A stretch of 64,000 nucleotides of DNA from Octopus sinensis (lineage: Eukaryota). The notes below the pieces were generated by a model. The model was not told where the DNA came from. It made no database searches and worked only from the letters and a program-made list of their open reading frames with translations. The position numbers and the translations under genes are program-made. Positions 49,330-62,319 of this stretch are shown in pieces. The stretch is taken from positions 51,026,001 through 51,090,000 of the forward strand of contig NC_043006.1 of NCBI RefSeq assembly GCF_006345805.1, written 5' to 3'. Numbering within the stretch: the first letter of the stretch is position 1; the number at the start of each line of letters is the position of its first letter.

Positions 49330-49614
49330 CATATGGTATAATTATAAACAGGACAAATTTTAGTCATTTCTCGGCAGACTGAAAAAATGTAGAAACCTTA
49401 ATTGATTTTCGAACCTTACTAGGTTCTCATCAGAGGCGTCTACATCATTCTGATAGTCTCCAGAAAAACAAGCGGCCGAACTGTTTATGTATTCAGCAAA
49501 TGCAGCAGTTACTCTATGAAGGAGTCCCTAATTTGTATACCGAAAGTGTTTAACACTCTATAAATACCATCGGACTGTCAACGGGGATCTTAGTCCACAA
49601 AGTATCAAGGTATG

Positions 49615-49646
<32 letters not shown>

Positions 49647-49779
49647 TGTGTGGTGTGTGTGTGTGTGTGTGTGTGTAACATATGGTATAATTATAAACAC
49701 GGCAAACTCTATAAATACATCTATCTACCTATATATCTATATCTATCTATGTATATCCATATATAACTATCTATATCTA

Positions 49780-49849
<70 letters not shown>

Positions 49850-51560
49850 ATATAATATATATATATATATTAACTTACTGTGGACAAGGCTGCGTGGCAT
49901 TCGATTATAAATAAATAGATATAAAATACATCAAGTACAGGACATCAGAAACGAGTGAAAAATACGAGAGATAAGTACAAGACAAAAACCATTTCTCTCA
50001 CCTCTGTCTTTTCTGGATGCGACGTGCATCTGGCTGGACGCCATTTTCCTCGCCTCCCGACATTTTCCTCTTTTTTCTCTTCTACTATCTTCTCTTCTAT
50101 TTATTCTATATCATTTCAAAATTTCTCCCAGGCGTTACCCGTTACAATGCGTCTTGGCTTAACGGCCCTTAATGTTTGTCTTCGTCGATCGTTTACTCTG
50201 TACGTCCACTAAAAAATTTCTGGATGTTACTGTTTTATGAAGGCTTCCTATCTTGTCGTTGAAAGCTCGAAATAAGGAGTAATTAACAGTCGACAACTGA
50301 GGAGGAGTTAGACTTCTTTTGGTATTTTGTCCCGTACTTGTCTCTCATTATGTGTTTACGTATTTTCACTTGTTTGTGATGTCCCGTTCTTATTGTATAT
50401 TTTTTTGTATTTTGTCATGTTTTTATCTCTCGTGCACGCACATACCCACACATATACACACATACCTCCTTCTGTTACACTCACCTGTCTTAGAAAGAAC
50501 TTTTTCTTCATCCATTCCCTTCCGGTCATTTCAAAATGTAACCACATGTGAATCGTTGACGATTTTCTTCCTCCGTCTTCCTTTCCATTGGACTTTCCTC
50601 TGTTTATGAAGAAGAGCGTTGCTCGAAACGTTAAACCATCTTTCTTTCCTTACTTGAACGTCTACTAATACTTTACATGTACCACGTTCACGCGTTGTTT
50701 TTGTGTGTGTGTGTGTGTTTGTTTGTTCTTCTTTTTTTTGGAACACGGATTTTTGTCAGTGAACAGGTCGCGGATTTTAGCGACGAAAATATTTTGACAA
50801 ATTAAACTTAAATGTTGAAGTGAATTGAACGGCTTTTGTGTGTTTCCTAAATGGCTTATAAACACCTTCCACGCTGCAATTGTTTTCGTTTCAGCACACG
50901 ATCTCAGATCAAATTACTTGCTATGCGAGTACATCTCCGTAATTCTTTTGTTGTTTTCGTCCCCTTGTGTGTTTGATTTCCTGTATCGTATTCTCCTTTT
51001 ATTTTCTCGTTTTGTAATTATTTGTATTTTTGTACATGTATTTTTATTTTTGCAGTTTTATTGTTTGCCTATGCCAGAAAAAAAGGCTTTTTCGTTCGTC
51101 CTCTTGTGTGGTTGATTTCCTGTATCGTATTCTCTTTTTATTTTCTCGTTTTGTAATTAGTTGTATTTTTTGTACATGTATTTTTATTTTTGCAGTTTTA
51201 TTGTTACGTTTTGTTCGTGTTCGTACTCATTTTGCCCCGCTGCTTGGAATTTTATTTTAATTCTCTCGCAGGAAGGCCTATTGGATTAGTGTTCTGTCTC
51301 TGCCTTCGAAACATGCTTGACTCCACTAGCGACAGCTGATGACGGGGGTTTTGTCCTTGTGTAGCTCGTCCTGTAATTGTTTTTTCGTTTTCTTGTTTTT
51401 CGTTTTTCGTTTTCTTGTTTTTTGTTTTTTTGTTTTTTCCGTTTCTACGTCTTATTGTGATGTCTTGTACTCACGTATAATTATTTATATATGCATGTAT
51501 ATATACATGTAGATGTAGGTACGTACATATATGTTTGTATGTATGCATATATTTTTATTT

Positions 51561-51596
<36 letters not shown>

Positions 51597-52040
51597 AATA
51601 AGCAACATGATATCCAAAGGTGATGAAGTACGAACGTTTCAAGCGGTTCCATTTAATTGAACAATGCAATCATTACATCAATTTAAATTCAGAGCTATCC
51701 TCAGCTGCATAAATGAATAGAATTAATTTAGTCAGTCGGACACATTTGTATAATTTTACTTAAATCCTCTAAGAGGGTAAGAAGACAGGCAAAGTCCATG
51801 CTGTTTTCATTTCAGCTTAGAAGCTACTAAGACATCAGGAAAAGACAGAAACTTGTTAGGGTTCTAGCTTATCACTGATTTTTTTTTTGGGGGGGGGGTC
51901 AGTTATGATCCTAGTTTATCAAATTTTTGTATATCAAAATCCAAGACAATAAAGCAGTATCTGTGAGGAAAGGGCATGAGGGAAATGACAGAATCATAGT
52001 GGGTATAGTCATAAAACTTGTCAAGATTATTTAGAAGTAG

Positions 52041-52071
<31 letters not shown>

Positions 52072-52169
52072 TACTTCGAGCGTAGGCTCGAAATGTTAAA
52101 GACTTCCGGAGCGTTAAACTAATACATCTTCGTCTTTTTTTTTGTGAATTTTTCCCCATTCTTTTCTTT

Positions 52170-52508
52170 TACTCTTTTACTTTTTTCAGTCATTTGACTG
52201 CGGTCATGCAGTAGCACCGCCTTTTGTCGAGCAAATCGACTCCAGGACTTATTCTTTTGTAAGCCTAGTACTTATTCTATCGGTCTCTTTTGCCAAACCG
52301 CTAAGTTACGGGGACGTAAACACAACAGTATCGGTTGTCAAGCGATGTAGGGGGGAAAAACACAGACATACAAACATATACACGCACATACATACATATA
52401 TACGACAGGCTTTTTTTCAGTTCCCGTCTACCAAATCCACTCACAAGGCTTTGGTCGGCCCAAGGTGCAACCCAGTGGGACTGGACACGTAACCATGTGG
52501 TTGGTAAA
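52170..52508 (-). mobile_element. SINE family A
   Basis: Reverse complement of the family A sequence with an internal deletion. Confidence 0.8.
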
Positions 52509-52549
52509 GCTACTTACCACACAGCCATATATATATATATATGTGTGTA

Positions 52550-52585
<36 letters not shown>

Positions 52586-53084
52586 CATACATACATAGCC
52601 ACATACACACACTAACTTCTGTGTGTGTGTGCGCGCACGTTTATACCTTTTTACCTTTTTTTTGGTATGTATAAATATACATCCCCACCTTTCATCACTA
52701 TTGCTTCTTTTTCTTTATTTTCTTTTGAAGTTGTTCTTATTTTCAATTTTTGGGGGGCGGGGATTTCTTTCATTCTTCTTTCGTCTCCCTAGGGAATTCG
52801 TTGACAAGCTTTTTTCATTTACTTTTTTCGTTTCTCTTTATTTTATTTTATTTACAGTACACCCTCGTATTTTTTACTTCGTCTAGCTTGAGATTTTCAT
52901 TTAACTTCTTAACCAAAGTACATAGATGACTCATATATGTACTTTGATCTTAAAATGGGACCCCTAAACCGCGGAGGCCCTCTGCAACGGGCTTAGTGAC
53001 GACCCTGCGTATATATATGTATGCATGTATACATAAGAAAGTCATAGAGTAACAATATAAAACCATTCCTTCTATAATTTCAAT

Positions 53085-53683
53085 GGGCAAGACTTCCGTC
53101 CGTCCCCCCGCCCCCCCCCCCCCCCAAAAAAAAAGAAAACCACCCTTAAAAAATTTTTTTTTGTTTTTTTTATTTTTTTTCAACACAAACCACCCTTTTC
53201 GGCTATGGGGAATACGAATCTGCCAAAAAATTGGCAAAAATAGGCATTTTTAAATTACCCCCACCCCACCTCCATTTTCTTCATTTTTTTTTCACATTTT
53301 TCAGAAATTTTTTTCTTTCAAAATATGAGGAAAAATACGGAGATTATGATTCTGAAAAAAATTTCCAAAAATTTTTGTAAAACATTTTTTTAAGAATTTT
53401 TTATTTCTAAATGTGCGGAAAAATACGGACATTATGATTTGGACAAAAATTTCAAAACATTTCTGTAGTTACGATTAGGGTTAGGGTTAGTGTTGGGGGA
53501 AAACGTCAAAATTTAAGAATTTGGGTTAAATGGGTGGGGGCGGAATTTAACAACGCCGATTTTTGGCAATTTTCTTGAACCTCCGGTATCCAAAACCGGG
53601 GGATTTTCGCAAAGGAAGAAAATTTTGTTTAATATTCGAATTTGGGAGAAAATGGGGGCGGGGGACGGGAGGAAGTCTTTCCC
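53085..53683. mobile_element. MITE-like element with GC-rich TIRs and internal TTAGGG repeats
   Basis: TIRs GGGCAAGACTTCC / GGAAGTCTTTCCC flanked by direct repeat TTCAAT; TTAGGGTTAGGGTTAG at about 53476-53491. Confidence 0.65.
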
Positions 53684-54685
53684 TTCAATAAACTGAAAAA
53701 AGAGTGGAGAGGCTCCTGTCGGATGTTTCGTAATTTTTTGGCCACTCCTCAGAGAGGACCTTATTGATTTTTTTCTACAGTCGATAAAAAAAGGATATTC
53801 AAGTGATACATATAAAGCAGCCAGGAATCAAAGTATTACCAAAGTGGGTAGCTTAATTTGCATATTTGTAATTTAGATAGCTCGTCCTAAGTTAACATGA
53901 TGTTTTGCATTACACAGCGTGAATCAGGACTGAAATAAATTTGAATGGTTAAAAGTTTTAGCTGTGATTGGATATTATAAAAATATAAAGAAATTCCTTC
54001 CAAGTTTCGATGTGTAATATTAATCAAAGTATAGGGCGTTGATATTTCACCATTCGGATTTACACTTAAGACTAGATTAGTACTTACGAACAGAAACTAA
54101 TGCACTTGTCTTGGAATTTGCTATAAAGAAGTGTATATCCTCAGTGAGTCCATTGATTGACTCATCGTGGTTATGTAGTCCATGTTGGTATAATATGGAT
54201 GTAGATCTCATTTTGGTATTGCTTTTCAAATGGTTATCGAGCTTTCCCTCCATACTACAACGTGATTTTCAGATGCAAGTTTCGGATACGTTTCAACCAA
54301 CAACATGAAAATATTTTGTCGTCTTTCTATACGAAGTTCAAGTGTGTTGGAGCCCATTTCTAGTCACAAATAAACAGGGATTTTGGGACCAAATAGTACT
54401 GGTCTAGTGTCGGGGAAGTTATTACAAGTGTTGAGGTAACTCACCTGAATGTAATTATCAAATAGTTTTGAACATATACACACATAATAGTCATGACAAG
54501 CTTTCTGCTTAAAACATTATTCACATTTTCGACATAATTTAACTGACATATTTTAATAATTGCATGCACAAAAGATTTCTGAATAAGGAACAATTTTTTT
54601 TCATACAATATTCTAGTATTGTTGCAGCACTGTACGACAATTGCATTTTATTTACTAATCAAAATATATTTGCAAATACTAGAAC

Positions 54686-55045
54686 TGGGCGCCACTGCAT
54701 AGTGCCAAGGACTCCAAATTTGCCATTAAGATGTAGGACATGATACTGCAATAGCCTGGGCTTCAGAGGTCCACAGCTCTTCAATATCCTCCCGAAGGAC
54801 CTGAGAGACCTGCATAGGGTGGATGTAGGTGTTTTCAAAATAAAGCTGGACCTCTTCCTGTCAGGTGTCCCAGATGAACCAGCTTCGCGGCAGGAGGTGC
54901 AGATGAGGGCAGCTGCATCAAACTCTTTCATGCACCAAATGTCAATTGCTAAAAAGCATTCATGAAATAAAATTATGTAGCAACACCAAATGGCGATGCC
55001 CCAGCATGGCCACAGCTCGTGAGCTGAAACTAGATGAAATAAAAA
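54686..55045 (+). mobile_element. CR1/L2-type LINE 3' end
   Basis: GRHCIVPR...NSLGFRGPQLFNILPKDLRDL...FKIKLDLFLSGVPDEP, then a short 3' UTR and A-rich tail. Confidence 0.8.
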
Positions 55046-55421
55046 AAATAATTAAAAAATTGCAATGCTCCCATTTCTGAAACAAGATAGTACACCATGC
55101 AAAAAAAAAGCAAAAACGACGAGTAATGGTTGTTATTAAGTCTTTAGTTAATATTTATTTAATTTTCATTTAATCTTCAGTTAATCTCCATGTAATTTTG
55201 ATTTGTCTTTGAACATTGTTACTGAATACCATGAACTGAAATATTTTAATATTCCAATATCGCTTCATCGCTGTTGTATGACTAATATTTTCTTGTCTGT
55301 CTTTCTCAAGCTATATGCCAATATTCCTCATGTTAATTCCATTAACAACCCTTATCTTCCTTTTGATTAAAAAATTGATGAACTCTTTCATGTCATTCCA
55401 CCGGTTATATATATATAATAT

Positions 55422-55466
<45 letters not shown>

Positions 55467-55559
55467 TGCATATATGTATGTATGTATGTATGTTATATAC
55501 ATGCATACGAAACACACCCATTGTCAGATGGATAGATATTGATATAAAATGTGTGTATG

Positions 55560-55616
<57 letters not shown>

Positions 55617-55694
55617 TGTATGTATGTATATTGCATGTACCACGTCCTCACGTTGTTGTTTTTTTGCGTTTTTCCTCGCTTTCTGGGGGATTAA

Positions 55695-56086
55695 TCTTTA
55701 TATATAAAAGTGAAGTTGTGTGTCTGTCTCCTACGATTTAGATTCCTAACTACTCCCACATTTTGCGGTGCAGTTTAACCAAAACCGGGTATCTTATAGT
55801 CATGATTCATATCGAGCCCTTCTGGGTATTAGCGCGCGTCTACGATGAGTCTACGATTTTAAAAATAATTTACCATCATTTTTTCCATTTTAATGCATTT
55901 TTTCGCTATTATATAAGGGAAGTAACTCTCTAAAAATGTCTACGATGAGTCAACGATTTAAAAAAAAATTACCATATTTTTTTCCATTTTTAATGCATTT
56001 TTTTGCTATTTTTTGGCTATAACTCTCTAAAAATGATTTGTAGTTATTTCCCTTACAAACCCGAGCAACGCGGGCGATACTGCTAG
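55695..56086 (+). mobile_element. Non-autonomous Helitron (392 bp)
   Basis: A|TC 5' end, subterminal hairpin CCCG-AGCAACG-CGGG, CTAG|T 3' end, no TSD. Confidence 0.85.
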
Positions 56087-56087
56087 T

Positions 56088-56135
<48 letters not shown>

Positions 56136-56145
56136 TACATATATA

Positions 56146-56197
56146 TAGATAGATAGATAAATAGATAGATAATAGATAGATAGATAGATAGATAGAT

Positions 56198-56253
<56 letters not shown>

Positions 56254-56282
56254 TAGATAGATAAATAGATAGATAGATTTAT
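56146..56282. repeat. (GATA)n microsatellite
   Basis: Direct reading. Confidence 0.95.
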
Positions 56283-57083
56283 ACATATATGTGTGCGCGT
56301 CTATACATCTACATATATGTACAAACCCACACAGACATACACACACATATATACAGAGAGAGGGGGAGACAGGGAGACATGGGGACTGAGAGGGAGCGGA
56401 TAGATTGAGAGATAGATAGATATAGATATATTTGTATGCATGTATATATATGTGTGTGTGTGTGTGCTATACATTTAAATGCATATATGTTTTATACACA
56501 CACACCATTAAGATGTGCTTTGTATGCACAACATATAACCGATTCTTTTAGAATACAATATAATTTATTGTATTAAACTTTTAAATCCACTTAAGCGAAT
56601 GCATAACTATATATATTTAATTTATTACGTATGTAGGCTATAACATATGAACAGAGCAAAATATATTACAAAGAACAACAGAAAACACCAATGATATCTC
56701 AATATGCTCGTTCCTACGACCGTTTCAATAATTATTTTGTCATTGCACTTATAGTACACGATAAAAGAATTATATCTTCAGGGTACAATATCCATACAAA
56801 ACCACAGAATACATTATACTTTTGCTCTTTTATAGAACAAATAGATAAGAAGAAATAAAGAATGAAAAGGCAAGGAGGTTAGCAGGTTAGTGTGGCATAT
56901 TTCATAAGTGATTATCTTGTCTGACATATTTCGGGTTACGTGAGAGTAAAAAATTAAAATAGCAGGAAACAAACAGACAGGAAGTCGTCACTTAAAGCAT
57001 CCATCATATAGACATATATACAGACAAGTATACAAGTACAATAAGATAATTACATTCATAGATGCGCACGCAGATTCACATGC

Positions 57084-57084
<1 letters not shown>

Positions 57085-57156
<72 letters not shown>
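57085..57156. repeat. (CT)n microsatellite
   Basis: Direct reading. Many (TA)n, (TG)n and (AAT)n tracts elsewhere are not listed individually. Confidence 0.95.
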
Positions 57157-57160
<4 letters not shown>

Positions 57161-57817
57161 TATCACAATTTTAAACTCTGCACGACATCTTTCTTTCCTG
57201 TCCACCATTGCTTCTTGACCAAACTATTTTGGCGCCCTTTTTTCTTCCCCCCTCTTCCTCCCATCCTCCTCAATCCCTTCTCTCTCTTTTTCTCTTGGTC
57301 TCTGACTGATTCTGTCCCCTGCCTTCCACCCTCTTTGATTCCCTCTCTCTCTGTCTCTCTTTCTCTCTCTCCCCTGCAACCTGCTGCTTCTCCACCATTT
57401 CGTTGGCGATCGTATCTCGCCAACATCTGTATTTGTCCCCTCTACCGAAAAGGTAATTATTTCTACGCCAGCTGCTATGTTGTTGTTGTTTTTGTCTCAT
57501 TTGGTCTAAAGTCGTATGACAACCACCGTTATATTATATTTTGTTTAACCGTTACCGTTTTCAATTTCCTTTTCGTCTCTCGTATTTACATCCGTCTCGT
57601 GCGTTCACATTCCTGTCTTCTACCAAGAAATCTAATGCTTACAGCCTAGTTTTTTTTCTTGGGGCTGGCCGAGTTGGAGCAAATATCAGAATTGAACAGC
57701 CGAAATTTGCTATGATGATTCGGTGTCTGACTGAAGATTGAAGGCTTCGAATGATTTGTCTGTGTTCCGTGTTTGTCCCTTCCTGTATTTCACGTTCTTT
57801 ATATATAAAATATTTAT

Positions 57818-57864
<47 letters not shown>

Positions 57865-57918
57865 GCTTTCAGTGCGAATGTTTTTTTATACGGCACCGTT
57901 TTTACAATCCTGTAAACA

Positions 57919-58130
57919 ATAATAATGGTGTTTTTATACAAGCTTAAAGCTTATGGCGACCACCGTGCAATGACTAAGGAATAGTCTAATAAAGGAGGAT
58001 ATAAGCCCTTGACAGGAAAACCTTCTTTTTTCTGTCAAGGGCTTATATGCCCCTTTATCAGATTATTTTCCTTGGTCATTGCACGGTGATCGTCATAAGC
58101 TTTAAGCTTATATAAAAATACCATTATTAT
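57919..58130. repeat. Foldback palindrome (about 100-bp arms)
   Basis: ATAATAATGGTG...AAGCCCTTGACAG mirrored by CTGTCAAGGGCTT...ACCATTATTAT. Confidence 0.85.
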
Positions 58131-58149
58131 ATTTATTATAAACATGCAT

Positions 58150-58450
58150 AAAAAAACGTCGCCCTTTTAAAGCCTAATCAGGCTCATGGGCCCAGTTTCT
58201 CGGTTTCTGTGGCGAATGTGTTCCCCCCAGCTGGACGGCACACCAGTCCATTGCAGCGTTACTCAAGAAACAGGAAGAGAGAGTGAGAGAAAGTTATGGC
58301 GAAAGAGTACAACAGGAGTCGCCACCACCCCCTGCCGGAGCTTCGTGGAGCTTTTAGGTGTTTTCGCTCAATAAACACACACAACGCCCGGTCTGGGAAT
58401 CGAAACTGCGATCCTCCGACCGCGAGTCCACTGGGCCATTGCGCTTCCAC
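58150..58450 (-). mobile_element. tRNA-derived SINE, head R + tail Y
   Basis: Same head as 37589-37974, same tail as 30050-30290. Confidence 0.85.
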
Positions 58451-58818
58451 ATAAAGATGCATACGAACGCATAAATATAACCGGGAATGCAAATAGAATA
58501 AAGAATAAAAGTAAAGTGTTGATCATAGAAATTAAAACTATAAAAGAAAACAAAATCTCAATACATTAAAATCAAGGAACAAATACTATAAAACAACGTC
58601 TATATTTAAACACACACATTTATATACACACACGTGTGTATGAATATATATATTACAGATACATGCATACACACTCACACATACCTATCGAACATGTTAG
58701 AACACATATACACACATGTTAGAACATACAAGTACACATATATGCTAATATACCTCATGTACACATACAGCACAAATATTAGAACATACAAGTACACATT
58801 TGTGCATTTTCATGTATA

Positions 58819-59140
58819 TCTGTATATATAAAAGGCAAGATGTGTGTGTGTGTGAATGTAATTTATGCACGTCCACAAATTAGCACGCATGTCGCTCCAA
58901 TTTTAGGAGAACATTCGTTATGATCCTAGCTGTATTTTCGTCAACTTGTTTTCCCCAGAGCACCAGCGAATAGCAGTAAAAATTAATTTTCAACCAAAAC
59001 TTTTAACAATTTTCAAATCAGAGAAATCACCATTGTTTGCAAACAGGAGTTAAATCCGCTACTAGCGACGAGTAAGTTTTTGTTAAAATTTCTGTTGCTT
59101 TTTTTTCCATCGAAGAAAAGAGTGTTTTGCTGATATACGG
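58819..59140 (+). mobile_element. Helitron-like 5' portion
   Basis: A|TCTGTATATATAAAAG start resembles 55695; 3' CTAG end not seen. Confidence 0.5.
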
Positions 59141-59225
59141 GCAACACTCAACACACACACAAACCAACGAACATGTATACGTACAAAAAACATGTATGCA
59201 ATAGGTGTACGCAAGTGTGTGTTGC

Positions 59226-59282
<57 letters not shown>

Positions 59283-59879
59283 TAATCCAAACGGGAAAAC
59301 AGAAACCAACAACACGTGGAACAATTACAGTTTTATTATTATTAGGCGCTCAGGAAAATGGAAGAAGGAGGGTATGAAGTTTCGAGCGGAGCTCTTCGTC
59401 GGAAACATAGGAGAAAGAAAGGTCCCGAGACGGGAGGACAGGAAAAAAAAAAAAAATTGCAGGTAGTCTTCACGAGGTCACATACTAAAAAGACGGAAGT
59501 GGTAAAAAAGGAGGAAAATGTTTTTTAAAAACACAGGAGAGCTGAATCAAAGAGGGAATGGTAAAAAAGTGTGCGAGATGACGAGGTGTGTGTGTGAGTG
59601 TGTGCGTGTTGTTGTATGTGTGTGTATGGTGGACAGTGGCTAGTAGCAGGCAGTAGTAGAATTAAAGGAGTGGTGTGGGGGTACCCTAGCAAGTCAGAAA
59701 GGCAGATCAGAAACAGGGAGGTATGTGTGTGTGCGTGTGTATGTATGTGTGAGTGTGTGCGTGTGTGCGTGTGCGTGTATGTATGTGTGTGTGAGGCGAG
59801 ATAAAAAAACAAAACATATGTATATGTTAGTGCGTGCAGGGCGAACGGATGACATAGCAAGTCTCGAGTGAGTGGTCAG

Positions 59880-62310
59880 TGGTAAAAAAAGGGAGGAAGG
59901 AGGGAAGAAGGGAAGGAGGGAAAGGGTGGGGGCGTATGTAACGTGCCAGTGTGTGTGTTGAGTGGTAGTGTGTGTGTGTCCAGTGTGCGTAGTTGTGTGT
60001 ATGGCAAGTAAATTTGAAGTGTGTGTAAGTGTAATGTATATATATATATGCAAATGTGTGTGTGTGAGTGGGTGTGTGTATGTGCGTGCGTGTGTGTACA
60101 AAGAGGGGGGGTTAAGGAAAAAACTGCAGCGGAGAGGGGGGGAAAGGGGAAGATGGAAGAGTGGTCCCGCGGCGACAGGCGTGGGAGAACCCAAAGACAC
60201 GCGCCGGCCCCAGATACGTACAGGAGATCTAGTCGGTCACCCACGAGCGTGGTGCATGCATGCGTGTATGCGTGCGCGAACGTGCAGAAGCGTGTATGTG
60301 CGCGCGCCTGCGAGTGTGTGTGTAAGTATGTATGTGTGTGGATGTGTGAGTGTGTCTGTGTGTAAGTCTGGGTGTCAGTGTGTCCGATGAATGTATGTAA
60401 ATATGTGTGTGTATATAGATGTATGTCCGTGTGTGTGTGTGTATGTGTATGAGTGTGTATGTATGTACGTGTGTGTGTGTGGAAGTGTGTGTATGTGCAT
60501 GTGTGTGCGCGTATATGCAGGTGTGTGAGTGAGTGTGTGTGTGTGTATGTATGTGTGAGTGTGTATGTCTGTGTGTGTAGGATGCATGTATGTGTATGGG
60601 TGTATGTATCTGTGTGTGTGTGTATGTATGTGTACGTGCGTGTGTGTGTATGTATGCATGTATGCGTATGCATGTGCGTATGTGTGTGTGTAGGCGTGTG
60701 TGTATAGGTGTATGTATGTATGTATGTATGGGTGTGTCCGTGTATGTGTGCGTATGCATGTGTGTATGTAGGTGTGTAGGCGTGTGTGTATAGGTGTATG
60801 TATGTATGTATGTATGGGTGTGTCCGTGTGTGTTTGTGTGTGTGTGTATGCATGTGTATGTAGGTGTGTGTGTACGTATGTAATATATGTGTGTGTGCGT
60901 GTGTATGCGTGTGTGTGTGTATGTAGGTGCGTATGTATGTGTGTGGGAGTGTAGGTGTGTGTGTGCGTGTATGTGTGCGTGTGCGTGTATATGTTGGTGT
61001 GTGTGTATGTGAGTGTGAGTGTATGGGTGCTTGTCATGCATGTGTGTGCGCGTGCAGGCGAGTGTGTGTGTAAGTATGTGTGTGTGTATGTATGTGTGAG
61101 TGTGTATGTGTGTATGTCTGTGTGTATGTATGTGCGTATAGGAGTATGTATGTGTGTGTGTATGTGTGGGTGTATGTATGTATGTATGTGTGTGTTGTGC
61201 ATGTGTGTAAGTAATATGTGTGTGCGTATGTATGTGTTGGTGTATGTGTGTGTTTTTATGTATGTGTGTATGTATGTGTGTAGGCGTGTGTGTATAGGTG
61301 TATGTATGTATGGGTGTGTGTCTGTGAGTGTTTGTGTGTGTGTGGTATGTGTGTATGTATGAGTGAAGGTTGGCTGTGTAGGTGTGTGTATGAATGTAAG
61401 TGTGTGTGTGTACAAGTGTAATATATGTATGTAGGTGTGTGTGTGTGTATGTGTGCGTGTGCGTGTGTATGTGTGTGTGTGTATGCGTGTGAGTGTGAGT
61501 GTATGGGTGTATGTCTGTGTGTGTGTATGTCTGAAGTAGGTATGTGTGTGTATGTATGTGTGTGTGTGTGCGGGTATGTGTGTGTGTATGTGTGTATGTG
61601 TGTGTGTAAGTGTGTGTGTGAGTAGGTGTGCGTGTATGTATGTGGGTAGGGATGCATGCGTGTGTATGGGTATGTATGTATACATACGCACGCACACACC
61701 CGAAGCACGCCCACACACACGAAGCACGCTCACACACACAACACACAAACAATACAACGCAAGCCCATGGGGCCGACCAATCCCCAGCACGCGCTAAGGC
61801 GTGCGCGCGCGGGGGCCCCCGAACAACCCGCTCCACGGGAACCGAGGATCCATCAACCAAAACCAGAAAGCAGAAAAGAGGGGGGCTGCCTGGGTGCAAA
61901 TAGGTGTATGTGTGTGTGCATTCGTGTAAAGGTGTGCATGTGTGGGTATGTGTGTATGTATGTGTGTGTGCGTACATGTATGTGTGCATGTGTGTGTGTG
62001 TATGTAAGTATAGGTGTGTGAAGTATGTATGTGAGATGTGTGTGTGTGTATGTATGTGCGTATGTATGTGTGTATGTATGTATGTATGTATGGCTGTGTG
62101 TGTGTGTGTGTAAGTATGTATGTGTGTGTGTATGTATGTATGTGTGTATGTATGTGCATGTTGGTTTGTATGTTAGTGTGTGCATGTATGTCTATAAGTA
62201 TGTGTGATTAAATGTGTGAATGTGTGTACGTAGATGTGTATCCGTATGTGTGTGTGTGAACAGGCGTGTGGGATGTAGGTAGGTGTGTGTGTGGGGGGTG
62301 TTTATCCGAA
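59880..62310. repeat. 2.4-kb cryptically simple (TG/TATG)n region
   Basis: Source of all the long His/Thr- and Val/Cys-rich ORFs. Confidence 0.9.
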
Positions 62311-62319
62311 AAAAAAACC

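Larger units (their letters stand above)
44975..51545. mobile_element. Cluster of related pLTR-like repeats (about 44975-45430, 47445-47990, 48536-49045, 49930-50310, 51250-51545)
   Basis: Shared GTACAGGACA(C/T)CA motif and CTGANGA/GAAA motifs; Penelope origin is inferred. Confidence 0.55.

Noticed and set aside
53470-53495. Interstitial telomere or fusion site
   Set aside because: Fewer than three TTAGGG units, inside a TIR element.
59876-62207. Long His/Thr-rich and Val/Cys-rich ORFs (up to 586 aa)
   Set aside because: They are translations of (CA/TG/TATG)n simple repeats, open in several frames and on both strands.
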